Positions 47,071-57,440 of a DNA stretch of 64,000 bases are shown here, one piece after another. The notes under the pieces are model-generated. The model had not been told where the DNA came from. It did not search any database and worked only from the letters and a program-made list of their open reading frames with translations. Position 1 is the stretch's first letter; every line of letters begins with the position of its first letter. Made by a program: the position numbers and the translations under genes. The stretch is from an uncultured Clostridia bacterium (GTDB lineage Bacteria > Bacillota > Clostridia > Christensenellales > DTU072), in NCBI GenBank assembly GCA_944349655.1, contig CALVNL010000001.1, positions 51,809 to 115,808 of the forward strand, written 5' to 3'.

Positions 47071-48790
47071 AATAAAACTGTATTTTACTTTACTTAAGAC
47101 GTGCGGTGTGGACGCGCTTACCTTGGTAGGGAAATATTACGGCTTCAAAAACAGATCTAAATCGAGTGAAAAAGCCTCCTCTATGTCCGTTGCAAAAAAG
47201 ACGGCTTTGATAGCAGGAGCGGGACTTTTGGTTCTGATAATACTTTTTTACCTTGCTTTCAGCGTATTTAATTCCGCGGTATTGTCTTATTCTGCGGGAG
47301 TTCACGTGGAATTTTTATACAGTATTCTTTTCTTCGTGCAGCTAATAATATTGTTTTTTGGCGCGGCGACTACGATAAATTATCTTTATTACGGAAAAGA
47401 TAACTCTTTACTGCAGTCTTTACCCGTATCTTCGGGAATGATTTTCTCGGTAAAATTTACGCTTTCATATTTAGGAGAACTGATAATTTCCTTTCTTACC
47501 GCTTTACCTTGTCTGGTTGCTTACGGAATAGGCGTCACTATGGCGGGCGGCTCGATAGAATGGAGTTTTTATCTACTGAGCGTTATAGGGGTGTTTTTGC
47601 TGCCGATATTTCCATTGCTTATTATAAGCATAATTTCTATACCGCTTATGTATCTGGTCAGCATGATGCGAAACCGTACTTTGGGTAAAACGCTAATAAT
47701 GGCCGTAACGGTGGCTCTTTTCCTGGCATTGTACTTTATTATAATATTCGGTGCTATGCCCGCATCCGACGGAGAGGAAACTTTTCTTTCACAGGGTTTT
47801 ATTTCAGGTATTCAAAATATAGCGGCAATCGGAATTTACAATTACGGTTTCGTAAACGCCTTACTTAATAATAACGCTTTCGTTAATATTATTATTTATC
47901 TGGCCGGGTTGATAGGTATATTTGCACTCGGCGTGATATTAAGCTTGCTTTTTTATGCTAAAGGAATTTCTTTCGTTGCGGAATCTTCTTCAGCAGGAAC
48001 CAAAAGGAAAAAAAGCGGCCGTACCGATTATGCTACCTCTTCTTTTATAAAAAGCTTTGCGAGAAAGGAGATAAAAACCATTTTGGGAACGCCCGCCCTT
48101 CTTTTAAGTTGCATTATGGGATTTATACTGTTGCCCGCCATTATAATTTTTTACGGTAAACTCGGTATGATGGACTTCGGAGGAGAGCCGGTTGCTCCTG
48201 CGGCAGGGTTTGTCGGGTTCGTTTGCTTTTTTGCGTCGATTATGCTTTCGTCAACCAATTATATTTCGTTGGTAGGGTTTTCGATGGAGGGAAAAAATAT
48301 CAATATACTGAAATCTTTGCCCATTGTTCCGAGAGACATAATAAAAGTAAAATTGCTTATCGCCGTAGTAATCAATTTAATAATGGCGGTAGTCGTTACG
48401 ATAGCTTGTATTATAGCTGTTTCGGTAGACAGATGGGTCGCGTTTTGTATGCTGCCTATATTTGCGGTAAACGGATTTGCTTCCGCGGCTATGGGGCTTT
48501 ACAACGATTTGAAAAATCCTAATTATAAATTCGTAAATATCAACGAACTTACCAAAAATAACAAAAAAGCAGTTAAACCTATGCTCTTGAATATGTTTGT
48601 CGGAATAATATATTTTGTTGAAGGAATGATTTTCTCGATGGTTCCGTCTATAGGTGAGGCGTTAGGGAAAGGCGGCGTTTATGCGGTATTGTTCTTATCC
48701 ATATTGGTTATAAACCTTATATTGCTGGCGGCGGTTTTGCCTAAACTCAATAAGAACGCAGAGGAGTATTTCTACAGGACGGAGGTGTAA
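47063..48790 (+). CDS. polytopic ABC exporter permease-like membrane protein
   Basis: About 575 aa with many hydrophobic segments. Overlaps the ATPase gene stop. The family assignment is not certain. Confidence 0.65.
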   Translation: MSKIKLYFTLLKTCGVDALTLVGKYYGFKNRSKSSEKASSMSVAKKTALIAGAGLLVLIILFYLAFSVFNSAVLSYSAGVHVEFLYSILFFVQLIILFFGAATTINYLYYGKDNSLLQSLPVSSGMIFSVKFTLSYLGELIISFLTALPCLVAYGIGVTMAGGSIEWSFYLLSVIGVFLLPIFPLLIISIISIPLMYLVSMMRNRTLGKTLIMAVTVALFLALYFIIIFGAMPASDGEETFLSQGFISGIQNIAAIGIYNYGFVNALLNNNAFVNIIIYLAGLIGIFALGVILSLLFYAKGISFVAESSSAGTKRKKSGRTDYATSSFIKSFARKEIKTILGTPALLLSCIMGFILLPAIIIFYGKLGMMDFGGEPVAPAAGFVGFVCFFASIMLSSTNYISLVGFSMEGKNINILKSLPIVPRDIIKVKLLIAVVINLIMAVVVTIACIIAVSVDRWVAFCMLPIFAVNGFASAAMGLYNDLKNPNYKFVNINELTKNNKKAVKPMLLNMFVGIIYFVEGMIFSMVPSIGEALGKGGVYAVLFLSILVINLILLAAVLPKLNKNAEEYFYRTEV

Positions 48791-48791
48791 G

Positions 48792-49217
48792 GTGCGGAAA
48801 TGCGCATTGGACGTAGGCGACGTAAGGATCGGGATAGCTTTCAGCGATATAACGGGACTTATCGCAAATCCCGGGGAAACATACCGTATAACGGGAAACG
48901 AGAATAAAGACTTCGTATATATAGCAACGCAAATAAAAAATAAGGAATGTGACGCGATAATCGTAGGTTTACCGCTCAATATGGACGGCACCGAAGGAGA
49001 CAGAGTCCTAAAGACCAGGACTTTTGCGGAAAAACTATCGCAATATGTCGATATTCCGATTGTTTTTCAAGATGAAAGACTTTCCACGGTAAGCGCCGAA
49101 AAAATGTTGATAGAAAGCGGTGTGAGACGGGAAAAAAGAAAACAAGTAGTGGATAAAATAGCGGCGTCGATAATATTACAAAGTTATCTCGACCGCATTA
49201 ACAAAAATAAATTTTAG
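48792..49217 (+). CDS. ruvX: YqgF/RuvX putative pre-16S rRNA nuclease (Holliday junction resolvase-like)
   Basis: GTG start. ALDVGDVRIGIAFSD and IVGLPLNMDGTEG. Confidence 0.85.
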   Translation: MRKCALDVGDVRIGIAFSDITGLIANPGETYRITGNENKDFVYIATQIKNKECDAIIVGLPLNMDGTEGDRVLKTRTFAEKLSQYVDIPIVFQDERLSTVSAEKMLIESGVRREKRKQVVDKIAASIILQSYLDRINKNKF

Positions 49218-49227
49218 GAGGTCCGAA

Positions 49228-49524
49228 ATGGAAGACAACAGAGATAAAACTTATCTTGACGAAGATGACGAAATAGTCACTTTAACTTACGACAACGGCG
49301 AAAAAGAAGATTTTTATTTAATTGCCGAGCTTGACTATGAAGAAAAATGGTACGCTTATCTCGTTCCCGTAGAGCCCGACGAGGAGTTCGAGGACGACGA
49401 GGTGCTGGTTTACGAAATAGCTTCCGACGAAGACGGAAACGAATGTTTCCTGCCGGTCGAGGACGACGACCTGGTCGTAAAACTGGTCGATATGCTTAAC
49501 GACGAACTCGGAGAGGAAGAATAA
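49228..49524 (+). CDS. DUF1292-family acidic protein
   Basis: 98 aa, highly acidic, with DEDDEIVTLTYDNGEKEDFYLIAELDYEEKWYAYL. Typical partner downstream of ruvX in Firmicutes. Confidence 0.8.
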   Translation: MEDNRDKTYLDEDDEIVTLTYDNGEKEDFYLIAELDYEEKWYAYLVPVEPDEEFEDDEVLVYEIASDEDGNECFLPVEDDDLVVKLVDMLNDELGEEE

Positions 49525-49556
49525 GGGCATTTTTATAAAAATTTGAAAAAAATAAT

Positions 49557-49584
49557 TGCCAAAAAATGTAGGTTATGATATTAT
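49557..49584 (+). promoter_or_regulatory. sigma-A promoter (extended -10) for rpsB-tsf
   Basis: TTGCAA (49557-49562), 16 nt, TGaTATTAT (49576-49584). Confidence 0.55.
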
Positions 49585-49686
49585 ATTTAAGAAATTACGA
49601 ACCGACACGGAGAGGGGATTGTTGTCCGAAAGGATTGTCACCCTTGCAGATGGTCGGGGAGATATAAACAAGGAGGTTTTTTTATA

Positions 49687-50442
49687 ATGTCAGTAATTTC
49701 AATGAAACAACTTCTGGAGGCCGGCGTTCATTTCGGTCACCAAACCAAGAAATGGAATCCCAAAATGAAGAAGTATATCTTCGACGCAAGAAACGACGTT
49801 CATATCATCAACCTTGAACAGACCGTCGAAGCAGTCGAACAGGCTTATGCTTTCATTCGCGACGTAGCCGCTTCGGGAAAATCCATTCTTTTCGTCGGTA
49901 AAAAGAAACAGGCCAAGGAAGCCATTCAGCAGGAAGCTACCCGTTGCGGTATGTTCTATATGAACCAGCGTTGGTTGGGCGGCACGTTGACCAATTTTGC
50001 CACCATTCGCACCAGAATAGACAAACTCAACAAACTCAATCAGAGCGAAATAATCGGCGAATTCGATCTTCTTCCCAAGAAAGAAGTTATTAAGCTCAAA
50101 GCCGAAAGAGACGTTCTGGAAACCAACCTCGGCGGCATCAAAAATATGCGCGAACTGCCCGGTGCTTTGTTTGTGGTTGACCTCAAGGTGGAACACCTCG
50201 CCGTTAAAGAAGCCCGCAGCCTCGGTATTCCCATCGTAGGACTTGTCGATACCAACTGCGACCCCGAAGAAGTGGATTATCCCATTCCCGGAAACGACGA
50301 CGCCATCCGCGCCATCAAACTCATAGCGGGAGTTATCGCCGACGCCGTCATCGAAGCAAAAGAAGGCAAGGCCGAAGAAGCTGAAAAAGCTGAAGAAGTG
50401 AACGCGGAAGAAAATGTTGCCGCGGCTACCGATAACGAATAA
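49687..50442 (+). CDS. rpsB: 30S ribosomal protein S2
   Basis: [27 protein letters not shown], with an acidic C-terminal tail. Confidence 0.97.
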   Translation: MSVISMKQLLEAGVHFGHQTKKWNPKMKKYIFDARNDVHIINLEQTVEAVEQAYAFIRDVAASGKSILFVGKKKQAKEAIQQEATRCGMFYMNQRWLGGTLTNFATIRTRIDKLNKLNQSEIIGEFDLLPKKEVIKLKAERDVLETNLGGIKNMRELPGALFVVDLKVEHLAVKEARSLGIPIVGLVDTNCDPEEVDYPIPGNDDAIRAIKLIAGVIADAVIEAKEGKAEEAEKAEEVNAEENVAAATDNE

Positions 50443-50465
50443 TAGTATAACGGAGGATATATACA

Positions 50466-51137
50466 ATGGCATTTACGGCTAAAGACGTACAAGATTTGAG
50501 AGCGCGTACCGGCGTAGGTATGATGGATTGCAAAAAAGCGCTTGTCGAAACCGACGGCAATATGGAAAAGGCTATAGAGTATCTTCGTGAAAAAGGTATA
50601 GCCACCGCTGCCAAAAAAGCAGGCAGAATAGCCAGCGAAGGAATAGTCGACAGCTACATTCACATGGGCGGAAAAGTAGGCGTTCTCGTCGAAGTCAACT
50701 GTGAAACCGACTTCGTTGCCCGCGGCGAACAGTTCAAAAATTTCGTTCACGACGTTGCATTGCAGATTGCTGCGGCAAGACCCGTATACGTAACCAAAGA
50801 GGAAGTTCCCGCTTCCGAAGTGGAACACGAGAAAGAAATTCTGAAAGCACAGGCTCTTAACGAAGACAAACCGAAGCCTATGAACATCATAGAGAAAATG
50901 GTGGAAGGAAGAGTTCAGAAATTTTATAAGGAAGTCTGCCTGATGGAACAGGATTTCGTAAAAGATCCCTCCAAGACCATTACTCAGCTCCTCAACGAAA
51001 CCATCAGCGCTATCGGTGAAAAAATTACCGTAAGACGTTTCGTAAGATACGAAATGGGCGAAGGATTGGAAAAGAAAGTGGACAATTTCGCCGAAGAGAT
51101 TAACGCTCAGGTTGCGGCGATGCAGAGCAATAAATAG
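50466..51137 (+). CDS. tsf: translation elongation factor Ts (short form)
   Basis: [25 protein letters not shown]-like N-terminus. 223 aa. Confidence 0.95.
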   Translation: MAFTAKDVQDLRARTGVGMMDCKKALVETDGNMEKAIEYLREKGIATAAKKAGRIASEGIVDSYIHMGGKVGVLVEVNCETDFVARGEQFKNFVHDVALQIAAARPVYVTKEEVPASEVEHEKEILKAQALNEDKPKPMNIIEKMVEGRVQKFYKEVCLMEQDFVKDPSKTITQLLNETISAIGEKITVRRFVRYEMGEGLEKKVDNFAEEINAQVAAMQSNK

Positions 51138-51146
51138 TTTTTTTGA

Positions 51147-51180
51147 AAGGCTGACCGTAAAAGGTTCAGCCTTTTATTTT
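51147..51180 (+). terminator. intrinsic terminator after tsf
   Basis: Stem aaggctgacc / ggttcagcctt with one mismatch, then ttttatttt. Confidence 0.65.
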
Positions 51181-51197
51181 ACCTTAAGGAGGATAGA

Positions 51198-51893
51198 ATG
51201 TTCAAAAGAGCCTTAATTAAACTCAGCGGAGAAGCTCTCGCAGGAAAAGAAGGGTTCGGGATAGATCCGATTAAAGTAAGCGAAGTAGCCGAGCAGATCA
51301 AGAAAGTTACGGAACAGGGCGTTCAAGTCGGAATAGTCGTCGGAGGCGGTAATTTCTGGAGAGGAAGACAAGGCACCGGTATGGACAGGACGACCGCCGA
51401 CCATATGGGAATGCTTGCTACCGTTATAAACGCGTTGGCGTTGCAGGACGCATTCGAAAAAGACGGAATTCCGACTAGAGTACAGACGGCTTTGACCATT
51501 ACGAGAGTAGCCGAACCTTATATTTTGGGAAAGGCGCTTCGTCATTTCGAGAAAGGCAGGGTGGTGATTTTCGCCTGCGGTACCGGTAATCCTTATTTTT
51601 CCACAGATACGGGAGCGGCTTTGCGTGCGGCGGAAATACAGGCGGACGTTCTTATGCTTGCCAAAAATATCGACGGAATTTACGATTCCGACCCCAGAAA
51701 AAATCCGAACGCCAAAAAATACGATAACCTCCAGTATATTGATTTTATAAAACAGGGTCTTACAGCTATCGACACTACTGCGGTAAGCCTTTGTATGGAA
51801 AATAAAATTCCTATAATCGCTTTCGGTCTGAACGAAAAAGACAGCATCGTAAGAGTTCTTAACGGTGAAAAAATGGGTACCGTTATCTGCTAA
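51198..51893 (+). CDS. pyrH: UMP kinase
   Basis: [20 protein letters not shown]. 231 aa. Confidence 0.95.
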   Translation: MFKRALIKLSGEALAGKEGFGIDPIKVSEVAEQIKKVTEQGVQVGIVVGGGNFWRGRQGTGMDRTTADHMGMLATVINALALQDAFEKDGIPTRVQTALTITRVAEPYILGKALRHFEKGRVVIFACGTGNPYFSTDTGAALRAAEIQADVLMLAKNIDGIYDSDPRKNPNAKKYDNLQYIDFIKQGLTAIDTTAVSLCMENKIPIIAFGLNEKDSIVRVLNGEKMGTVIC

Positions 51894-51918
51894 GCGTTTG
51901 ATTTTTATTGAAGGAAAG

Positions 51919-51946
51919 AAGGTTCGCCGAGTGCGGACCTTTTTTT
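51919..51946 (+). terminator. intrinsic terminator after pyrH
   Basis: 9-bp stem aaggttcgc / gcggacctt with one G-U pair, loop cgagt, then T7. Confidence 0.75.
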
Positions 51947-51976
51947 ATCTCGAACTGCGGATATGGACAATAGCTA

Positions 51977-52005
51977 TTGTCATCTGGAAAAAAATATGAT
52001 ATTAT
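51977..52005 (+). promoter_or_regulatory. sigma-A promoter (extended -10) for frr and the downstream operon
   Basis: TTGTCA (51977-51982), 17 nt, TGaTATTAT (51997-52005). Confidence 0.55.
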
Positions 52006-52034
52006 ATAATAAAAAATTTATTATGAGGTATTTT

Positions 52035-52610
52035 ATGGCTTACGACATTATGGAAGTAGAACTGATATTCGAGGAGCTGGATGATAAAACTCAGAAATCC
52101 GTCAATCAATTGCAAACCGAATATAATTTAATGCGGGCAGGCAGAGCCAACGTGCATATTCTCGACGGTATTACCGTGGATTATTACGGGGTAGAAACTC
52201 CGCTCAATCAGGTTGCCAACATTACCGTACCCGAAGCAAGAATGATTATGATAACGGTATGGGACGGAAGTCTTATCAAAAAAGTTGAAAAAGCGATTAT
52301 CGACGCAAATATCGGCATTACTCCCAACAATGACGGTAAAAACATTCGTCTTATTTTTCCCGAACCTACAGAGGAACGCCGTAGGGCATTGGTGAAGGAC
52401 GTCAAGAACTTTGCCGAAAAAACCAAAGTCGCAGTCCGTAACATTCGTCGCGACGCAATGACGGAATTGAAATCTTTGGAAAAGAATAAAATTATCAGCG
52501 AAGATCAGGAAAAGAATTTCGAAGAAGACGTTGAAAAGAAAGTCAACGCCAAAATAACCGAAATAGACAAGATCGCTCAGGCGAAGGAAACGGAAATACT
52601 GAAGATTTAA
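52035..52610 (+). CDS. frr: ribosome recycling factor
   Basis: 191 aa from ATG 52035 (GAGGT SD). RAGRANVHILDGITVDYYG and RNIRRDA. The track start at 51963 lies upstream of the promoter. Confidence 0.95.
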   Translation: MAYDIMEVELIFEELDDKTQKSVNQLQTEYNLMRAGRANVHILDGITVDYYGVETPLNQVANITVPEARMIMITVWDGSLIKKVEKAIIDANIGITPNNDGKNIRLIFPEPTEERRRALVKDVKNFAEKTKVAVRNIRRDAMTELKSLEKNKIISEDQEKNFEEDVEKKVNAKITEIDKIAQAKETEILKI

Positions 52611-53305
52611 TGAAACATCTTTCTGTAATTATCGACGGAAACGGTCGATGGGCGGAAAAAAGAGGTTTACCTCGGAAAGACGGACATGCGGAAGGGGCTA
52701 AGGCGTTATGTAAAGCGATAGAGGATTTTGTAACTATCGACGCCGATATTCTTTCCGTTTACGCTTTCAGTACCGAAAACGAGAAGAGAGATAAAGAAGA
52801 AGTCGCTAATCTTTTCGGTATAATGGCTTATTTTTTCCGCAACGAAATTTATCGTCTTGCCGAAAATTATTCCTTAAAATTAAGATTTATAGGGGATTTC
52901 CGACGCTTGCCTGATATATTGAGCGACGTTATGAGCGATATCGGAGCAAAAACTATAAATAATAAGGGAAAAACCGTAGTATTCGCGGTGGGATACGGCG
53001 GTGACGAGGAAATCTGTTCGGCTTTTGACAGAATACTTAAAAAAAGAATGTTCCTTATGGACGCTTCACCGATAAGGAAAGAAGAACTTTACGAAAATCT
53101 CTATACGGTGGGATTGCCTTTACCCGATGCGGTATTGCGTTACGGCGGATATCGGCGTCTCAGTAATTTTTTACCCGTACAAACGGCTTATTCGGAGTTG
53201 TTTTTTATAGATAAACTCTGGCCTGATTACGACAAAGAGGATTTTGAAAAAGTAATAGATGAATTTTCACACATAAAAAGAAATTTTGGAGGGAACAATG
53301 GTTAA
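52610..53305 (+). CDS. uppS: isoprenyl transferase (undecaprenyl diphosphate synthase)
   Basis: IIDGNGRWAEKRGLPR and the FSTENEKR region. 231 aa. Confidence 0.9.
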   Translation: MKHLSVIIDGNGRWAEKRGLPRKDGHAEGAKALCKAIEDFVTIDADILSVYAFSTENEKRDKEEVANLFGIMAYFFRNEIYRLAENYSLKLRFIGDFRRLPDILSDVMSDIGAKTINNKGKTVVFAVGYGGDEEICSAFDRILKKRMFLMDASPIRKEELYENLYTVGLPLPDAVLRYGGYRRLSNFLPVQTAYSELFFIDKLWPDYDKEDFEKVIDEFSHIKRNFGGNNG

Positions 53306-54197
53306 AAGAACGGTTACCGGAATTATTATGGCGGGATTGCTTTTTCTGATTCTGTGGATAGTCGGTCTCGGGGAACACACGCTTCTCGTTTTTGATTTCC
53401 TCGTTTTGTTTATGGGCGCGGTAGCTACTTTCGAAATAGCAGGGGCAGTAAAAAAAGCCGACGTTTTACGTAAAGACGAGACGAAAGGATATCGGATAAG
53501 CAAAATTTCTTTGGCGGTAATGGTAATCGCTACGTTCCCGTTGACGTACTTTTTCGGTTATATAGGACTTTTATTTGCGCTGTTGATTTCCTTTATCGTC
53601 GCTTTCGTGGAATTTATTTTCCGCTCCGAAAGAACTTTCAACGATTTTGCCGTAAACGTATTCTCGCTTATATATCCTATGTTTATTTTGGGACTGATTT
53701 TCGTAATGGATCGTCGTTACGGAATGATACCCGTATTACTTGCCATGGGCATTTCCACAATAAGCGATGCAGCGGCATATTGGGTGGGTATTTTGTTCGG
53801 AAAAAAGAAAATTTTTCCGAAAATCAGTCCGAAAAAAACTTATGCAGGTTGCTTGGGCGGTTTGCTCGGAGGTGCGCTCGGCGGAATTATAGTTTATCTT
53901 ATTTTCGAACTCGGAGAATTTCCGACGTATATCGATTTCACTTTTACCGAACTCGGACTGCCCGTCCTGTGGTATGCTTTGATCGGACTTATACTGGCTT
54001 TCTTCTCGGAAATAGGCGACCTTGCGGCAAGTCGCGTTAAAAGAAGCGTCGGTATCAAAGATTACGGCAAATTGCTCGGCTCCCACGGGGGAGTTCTGGA
54101 CAGAATAGATTCCATTCTTTTCACGACGGTTTGTATGGCTATCATTATGGGAATTATCGAAATAGCAGGTTATTTCGACGTTACTGTTATAGTATGA
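53298..54197 (+). CDS. cdsA: phosphatidate cytidylyltransferase
   Basis: Polytopic. KISPKKTYAGCLGG and GDLAASRVKRSVGIKDYG. Confidence 0.85.
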   Translation: MVKRTVTGIIMAGLLFLILWIVGLGEHTLLVFDFLVLFMGAVATFEIAGAVKKADVLRKDETKGYRISKISLAVMVIATFPLTYFFGYIGLLFALLISFIVAFVEFIFRSERTFNDFAVNVFSLIYPMFILGLIFVMDRRYGMIPVLLAMGISTISDAAAYWVGILFGKKKIFPKISPKKTYAGCLGGLLGGALGGIIVYLIFELGEFPTYIDFTFTELGLPVLWYALIGLILAFFSEIGDLAASRVKRSVGIKDYGKLLGSHGGVLDRIDSILFTTVCMAIIMGIIEIAGYFDVTVIV

Positions 54198-55312
54198 AAA
54201 AAATAGGCGTATTGGGTTGTACGGGTTCAATAGGAAAATCCACTCTCTCCGTTTGCAGAGCAGACGGAGATTTTTCCGTTAGTTTTCTCGCTAATTTTTC
54301 TTCACTCGACGCCCTGAAAGCCGATATTGCCGAATTTCATCCGGAAATAGCCGTTTGCGTGGGTAAAAAATATCTTTACGTCCGAGGGAAGGAATACGAT
54401 TTACCCGACGGATTCCTTAACGATCCTCAAAATTACGATTGTTGCGATATCGTGGTAAACGGTATAGCGGGGCTTGCCGGACTCCAACCGACTCTTGCGG
54501 TTATCCGTTCGGGAAAAATTCTCGCAACGGCTAATAAGGAAAGTTTTGTTTGCGCAGGGACGCTGATAGAATCGTTGAAAAAAGAATACAACGCTTCCAT
54601 ATATCCGCTTGACAGCGAACATTCGGCGGTATGGCAACTATTGAATAACCGTAACGACGCCGATAAAATTATTTTGACCGCTTCCGGCGGCGCATTCCGT
54701 GATTTATCAAAGGAAGAACTAACAAAAGCCAAAGCTTCCGACGCTCTCAGACATCCGAACTGGGTAATGGGTAAAAAAGTTACGATAGATTGCGCAACGC
54801 TGATGAATAAAGGGATGGAAATTATCGAAGCTAAGCATTTGTTCGGTCTGCCCGTAACAATACTCGGTCACAGAGAAAGCATAATACACGCAATGGTCGG
54901 TTATAAAGACGGTACTTTCGCCGCCAATATATCGGCGCCCGATATGAAAGTTCCCATTTCTTACGCTCTTCATTATCCGAAACGGGCTTCCGTATGCCTT
55001 ACGGAAACGGATTTGTTTACCGATTTACATTTCTTCCGCCCCGATAGGGAGAAATTTCCTTGTCTGTCCTTAGCCGAACTTGTCTCAGAAGCGGGGGACA
55101 TAGCGGGTTGCGTTATGAACGCCGCAGACGAAGTTCTGGTAGAAAAATATCTTGCCGACGAAATTTCTTTTTACGATATAGCCGACGGAATAAAAAATGC
55201 TTTGGATAGATTTGCTTCAAAAGGAAATTTTGAAAACGTAGAGTCGGTTTTCAGAATGGATAAAGCCGTAAGGGAATATACTTTAAGTATGTTTTGCGGA
55301 GGAAAGCGATGA
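54194..55312 (+). CDS. dxr: 1-deoxy-D-xylulose 5-phosphate reductoisomerase
   Basis: MKKIGVLGCTGSIGKST, LDSEHSA, NKGMEIIEA. ATGA overlap with cdsA. Confidence 0.95.
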   Translation: MKKIGVLGCTGSIGKSTLSVCRADGDFSVSFLANFSSLDALKADIAEFHPEIAVCVGKKYLYVRGKEYDLPDGFLNDPQNYDCCDIVVNGIAGLAGLQPTLAVIRSGKILATANKESFVCAGTLIESLKKEYNASIYPLDSEHSAVWQLLNNRNDADKIILTASGGAFRDLSKEELTKAKASDALRHPNWVMGKKVTIDCATLMNKGMEIIEAKHLFGLPVTILGHRESIIHAMVGYKDGTFAANISAPDMKVPISYALHYPKRASVCLTETDLFTDLHFFRPDREKFPCLSLAELVSEAGDIAGCVMNAADEVLVEKYLADEISFYDIADGIKNALDRFASKGNFENVESVFRMDKAVREYTLSMFCGGKR

Positions 55313-56424
55313 TTATTCCGTTAGCTGCCACGTTTGCTTCGGTAATGAGTACGATAGGATATATATTGCTGGCTTTGTGCTGTCTGATGTTTATGGTGGT
55401 AGTACACGAATTCGGACATTACATCGCAGGAAAGCTACTCGGTTTCAAAATCGTGGAGTTTGCCATCGGTTTCGGTCCGAGACTAATTAAAATCACAAAC
55501 AAAAAAAACGGTGAAATATTTTCCGTTCGTCCTTTTCCTCTGGGGGGTTTTTGTCAGTTCTACGGCGAAGACGAGGATAACGAAACAGAAGGAGCTTTCA
55601 ACGCTCAAAAACCGTGGAAAAGACTCATAGTATTGTTTTCGGGGGCGTTTTTCAATCTTGTATCGGCTTTTATTCTGATAACCTTAATTTTTACTTTTTA
55701 CGGTCAGCTTCTTCCCACGGTGGTTTCCTTAAGCGAAGAGTCTTATATTGCGCAGGAAGGATTGCTGGAGGAAGGAGACGTTATTCTCGAGGTCAACGGT
55801 CGTGACGTCAATATACTGATGCAGGATGACCTTAATACGGCTTTTGAAAGGATAGCAGGAGAAGAAACGGGTACCTTTACGGTTTTAAGAGATGGCGAGA
55901 AAATAAAAATCGAGGTAAAAAGAAGCGATATATACGTTCTTGACGAAGAAGGTAACCGTACATTAGACGAAAACGGAAATTTCGTAACCCGCAAAGCTTT
56001 CGGTTTTACTTCGGCGATAACTTACGTGCGACTTGATTTTTTTACCGCACTCGGACGGTCTTTTTCTTACGGATTTTTCCTGGTTTATAAAATTTTATGG
56101 TTACTCGGTCAGCTTTTTACAGGACAATTGAGTTTTGCGGAAAGCGCAGGCGGGCCCGTTACCATAATCAGTACAATAAGTCAATCCGCCAAAACCGGAT
56201 TCGGAGCGCTTGCTTATGTGGTTTGTCTTATTTCCGCAAACCTGGCAATAATGAACCTTTTGCCGCTTCCCAGTCTTGACGGGTCGAGAATGTTGTTTAC
56301 CGTTATTGAATGGATAAGGCGTAAACCCATAAACCGAAAAGTGGAGGGAGCTATTCACGTGGCGGGACTTATCGTGCTTTTCAGTGTGGCGATTCTTGCC
56401 GATGTGATACAATTTTTGAGATGA
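55309..56424 (+). CDS. rseP: RIP metalloprotease RseP (site-2 protease, M50)
   Basis: HEFGHY zinc motif, a PDZ-like middle domain, and NLLPLPSLDG. Confidence 0.9.
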   Translation: MIIPLAATFASVMSTIGYILLALCCLMFMVVVHEFGHYIAGKLLGFKIVEFAIGFGPRLIKITNKKNGEIFSVRPFPLGGFCQFYGEDEDNETEGAFNAQKPWKRLIVLFSGAFFNLVSAFILITLIFTFYGQLLPTVVSLSEESYIAQEGLLEEGDVILEVNGRDVNILMQDDLNTAFERIAGEETGTFTVLRDGEKIKIEVKRSDIYVLDEEGNRTLDENGNFVTRKAFGFTSAITYVRLDFFTALGRSFSYGFFLVYKILWLLGQLFTGQLSFAESAGGPVTIISTISQSAKTGFGALAYVVCLISANLAIMNLLPLPSLDGSRMLFTVIEWIRRKPINRKVEGAIHVAGLIVLFSVAILADVIQFLR

Positions 56425-57440
56425 AAAAAGTAATTTACTTAAAGAATAAACCCATAGGGGACGGAAAAATAACAATACAGAGTATGACAAATACTCCTAC
56501 TTGTGACGCTGAAAAAACCTTGTCGCAGATTAACGCGCTTGCGGAAGCGGGGGCGGACTTCGTAAGAGTATCGGTGCCAGATCTTGCTTCTGCAGACGCA
56601 GTTAAAGAAATTTGTCTTAAGTCGCCCCTCCCCGTAATAGGGGATATACATTTTGCGTATGAACCCGCCTTGAGGGCAATAGAAAACGGAATTGCAAAAA
56701 TTCGCATAAATCCGTCAAATATGCCCGAAAAAGGATTAAAAGCCGTTGTCAGAATGTGTGCCGAGTATAAAGTGCCGATCAGAGTCGGAGTAAATAAGGG
56801 CTCGGTAAAGAAGAACGTTACTCCGCAGGAACTGGTATCATTGACGTTGGACGCGGCAAAGAAGATAGAAGATTTAGGATGGGATCGGCTGGTGCTTGCC
56901 GTTAAGACGAGCGATCCGTCCGAAACCGTTAAAGCATACCGATTACTTTATGAAAAGACCGATTATCCTTTACATATCGGACTTACCGAAGCCGGTACTC
57001 CGAAATACGGATTACTAAAATCCGCAATTTCCATAGGCTCTTTGCTTATAGACGGCATAGGCGATACCGTACGAGTCAGTCTGACAGGCGACCCCATCCA
57101 GGAAATATATGCAGCAAAAGACCTTCTCATAGCTTGCGGCATAGAAAAAAATTTTGTCGACGTTATCAGCTGTCCTACCTGTGCGAGAACGGAAATAGAC
57201 GTGGAAAATTTGGCTTTAAGAATTCAAAAATTAACTTCCAAAATAAAAAAATCGTTGAAAATTGCCGTAATGGGATGCGTGGTAAACGGAATAGGCGAAG
57301 GGAAATCTGCCGATTTCGGCGTAGCCGGAGGAAAGAAGAAATCCATAATTTTCGCTAAAGGCGACATTTTGAAAACCGTTCCCAACGAAGAAATAGAAAG
57401 CGCCCTTATTGGACTTATCGAGGAGTATGCAGATGAATAA
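56421..57440 (+). CDS. ispG: 4-hydroxy-3-methylbut-2-en-1-yl diphosphate synthase
   Basis: TIQSMTNT, RINPSN, CPTCART, MGCVVNGIGEG. Confidence 0.95.
   Translation: MKKVIYLKNKPIGDGKITIQSMTNTPTCDAEKTLSQINALAEAGADFVRVSVPDLASADAVKEICLKSPLPVIGDIHFAYEPALRAIENGIAKIRINPSNMPEKGLKAVVRMCAEYKVPIRVGVNKGSVKKNVTPQELVSLTLDAAKKIEDLGWDRLVLAVKTSDPSETVKAYRLLYEKTDYPLHIGLTEAGTPKYGLLKSAISIGSLLIDGIGDTVRVSLTGDPIQEIYAAKDLLIACGIEKNFVDVISCPTCARTEIDVENLALRIQKLTSKIKKSLKIAVMGCVVNGIGEGKSADFGVAGGKKKSIIFAKGDILKTVPNEEIESALIGLIEEYADE

Noticed and set aside
49699-50472. 257-aa minus-strand ORF antisense to rpsB. Similar long antisense ORFs occur at 26575-27366, 58117-58887, 62589-63332, 21568-22275 and 17534-18211.
   Set aside because: All are embedded in strongly conserved plus-strand genes. 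All have Phe-rich, low-complexity translations. They look like by-products of the codon bias, which depletes stop codons in one antisense frame.
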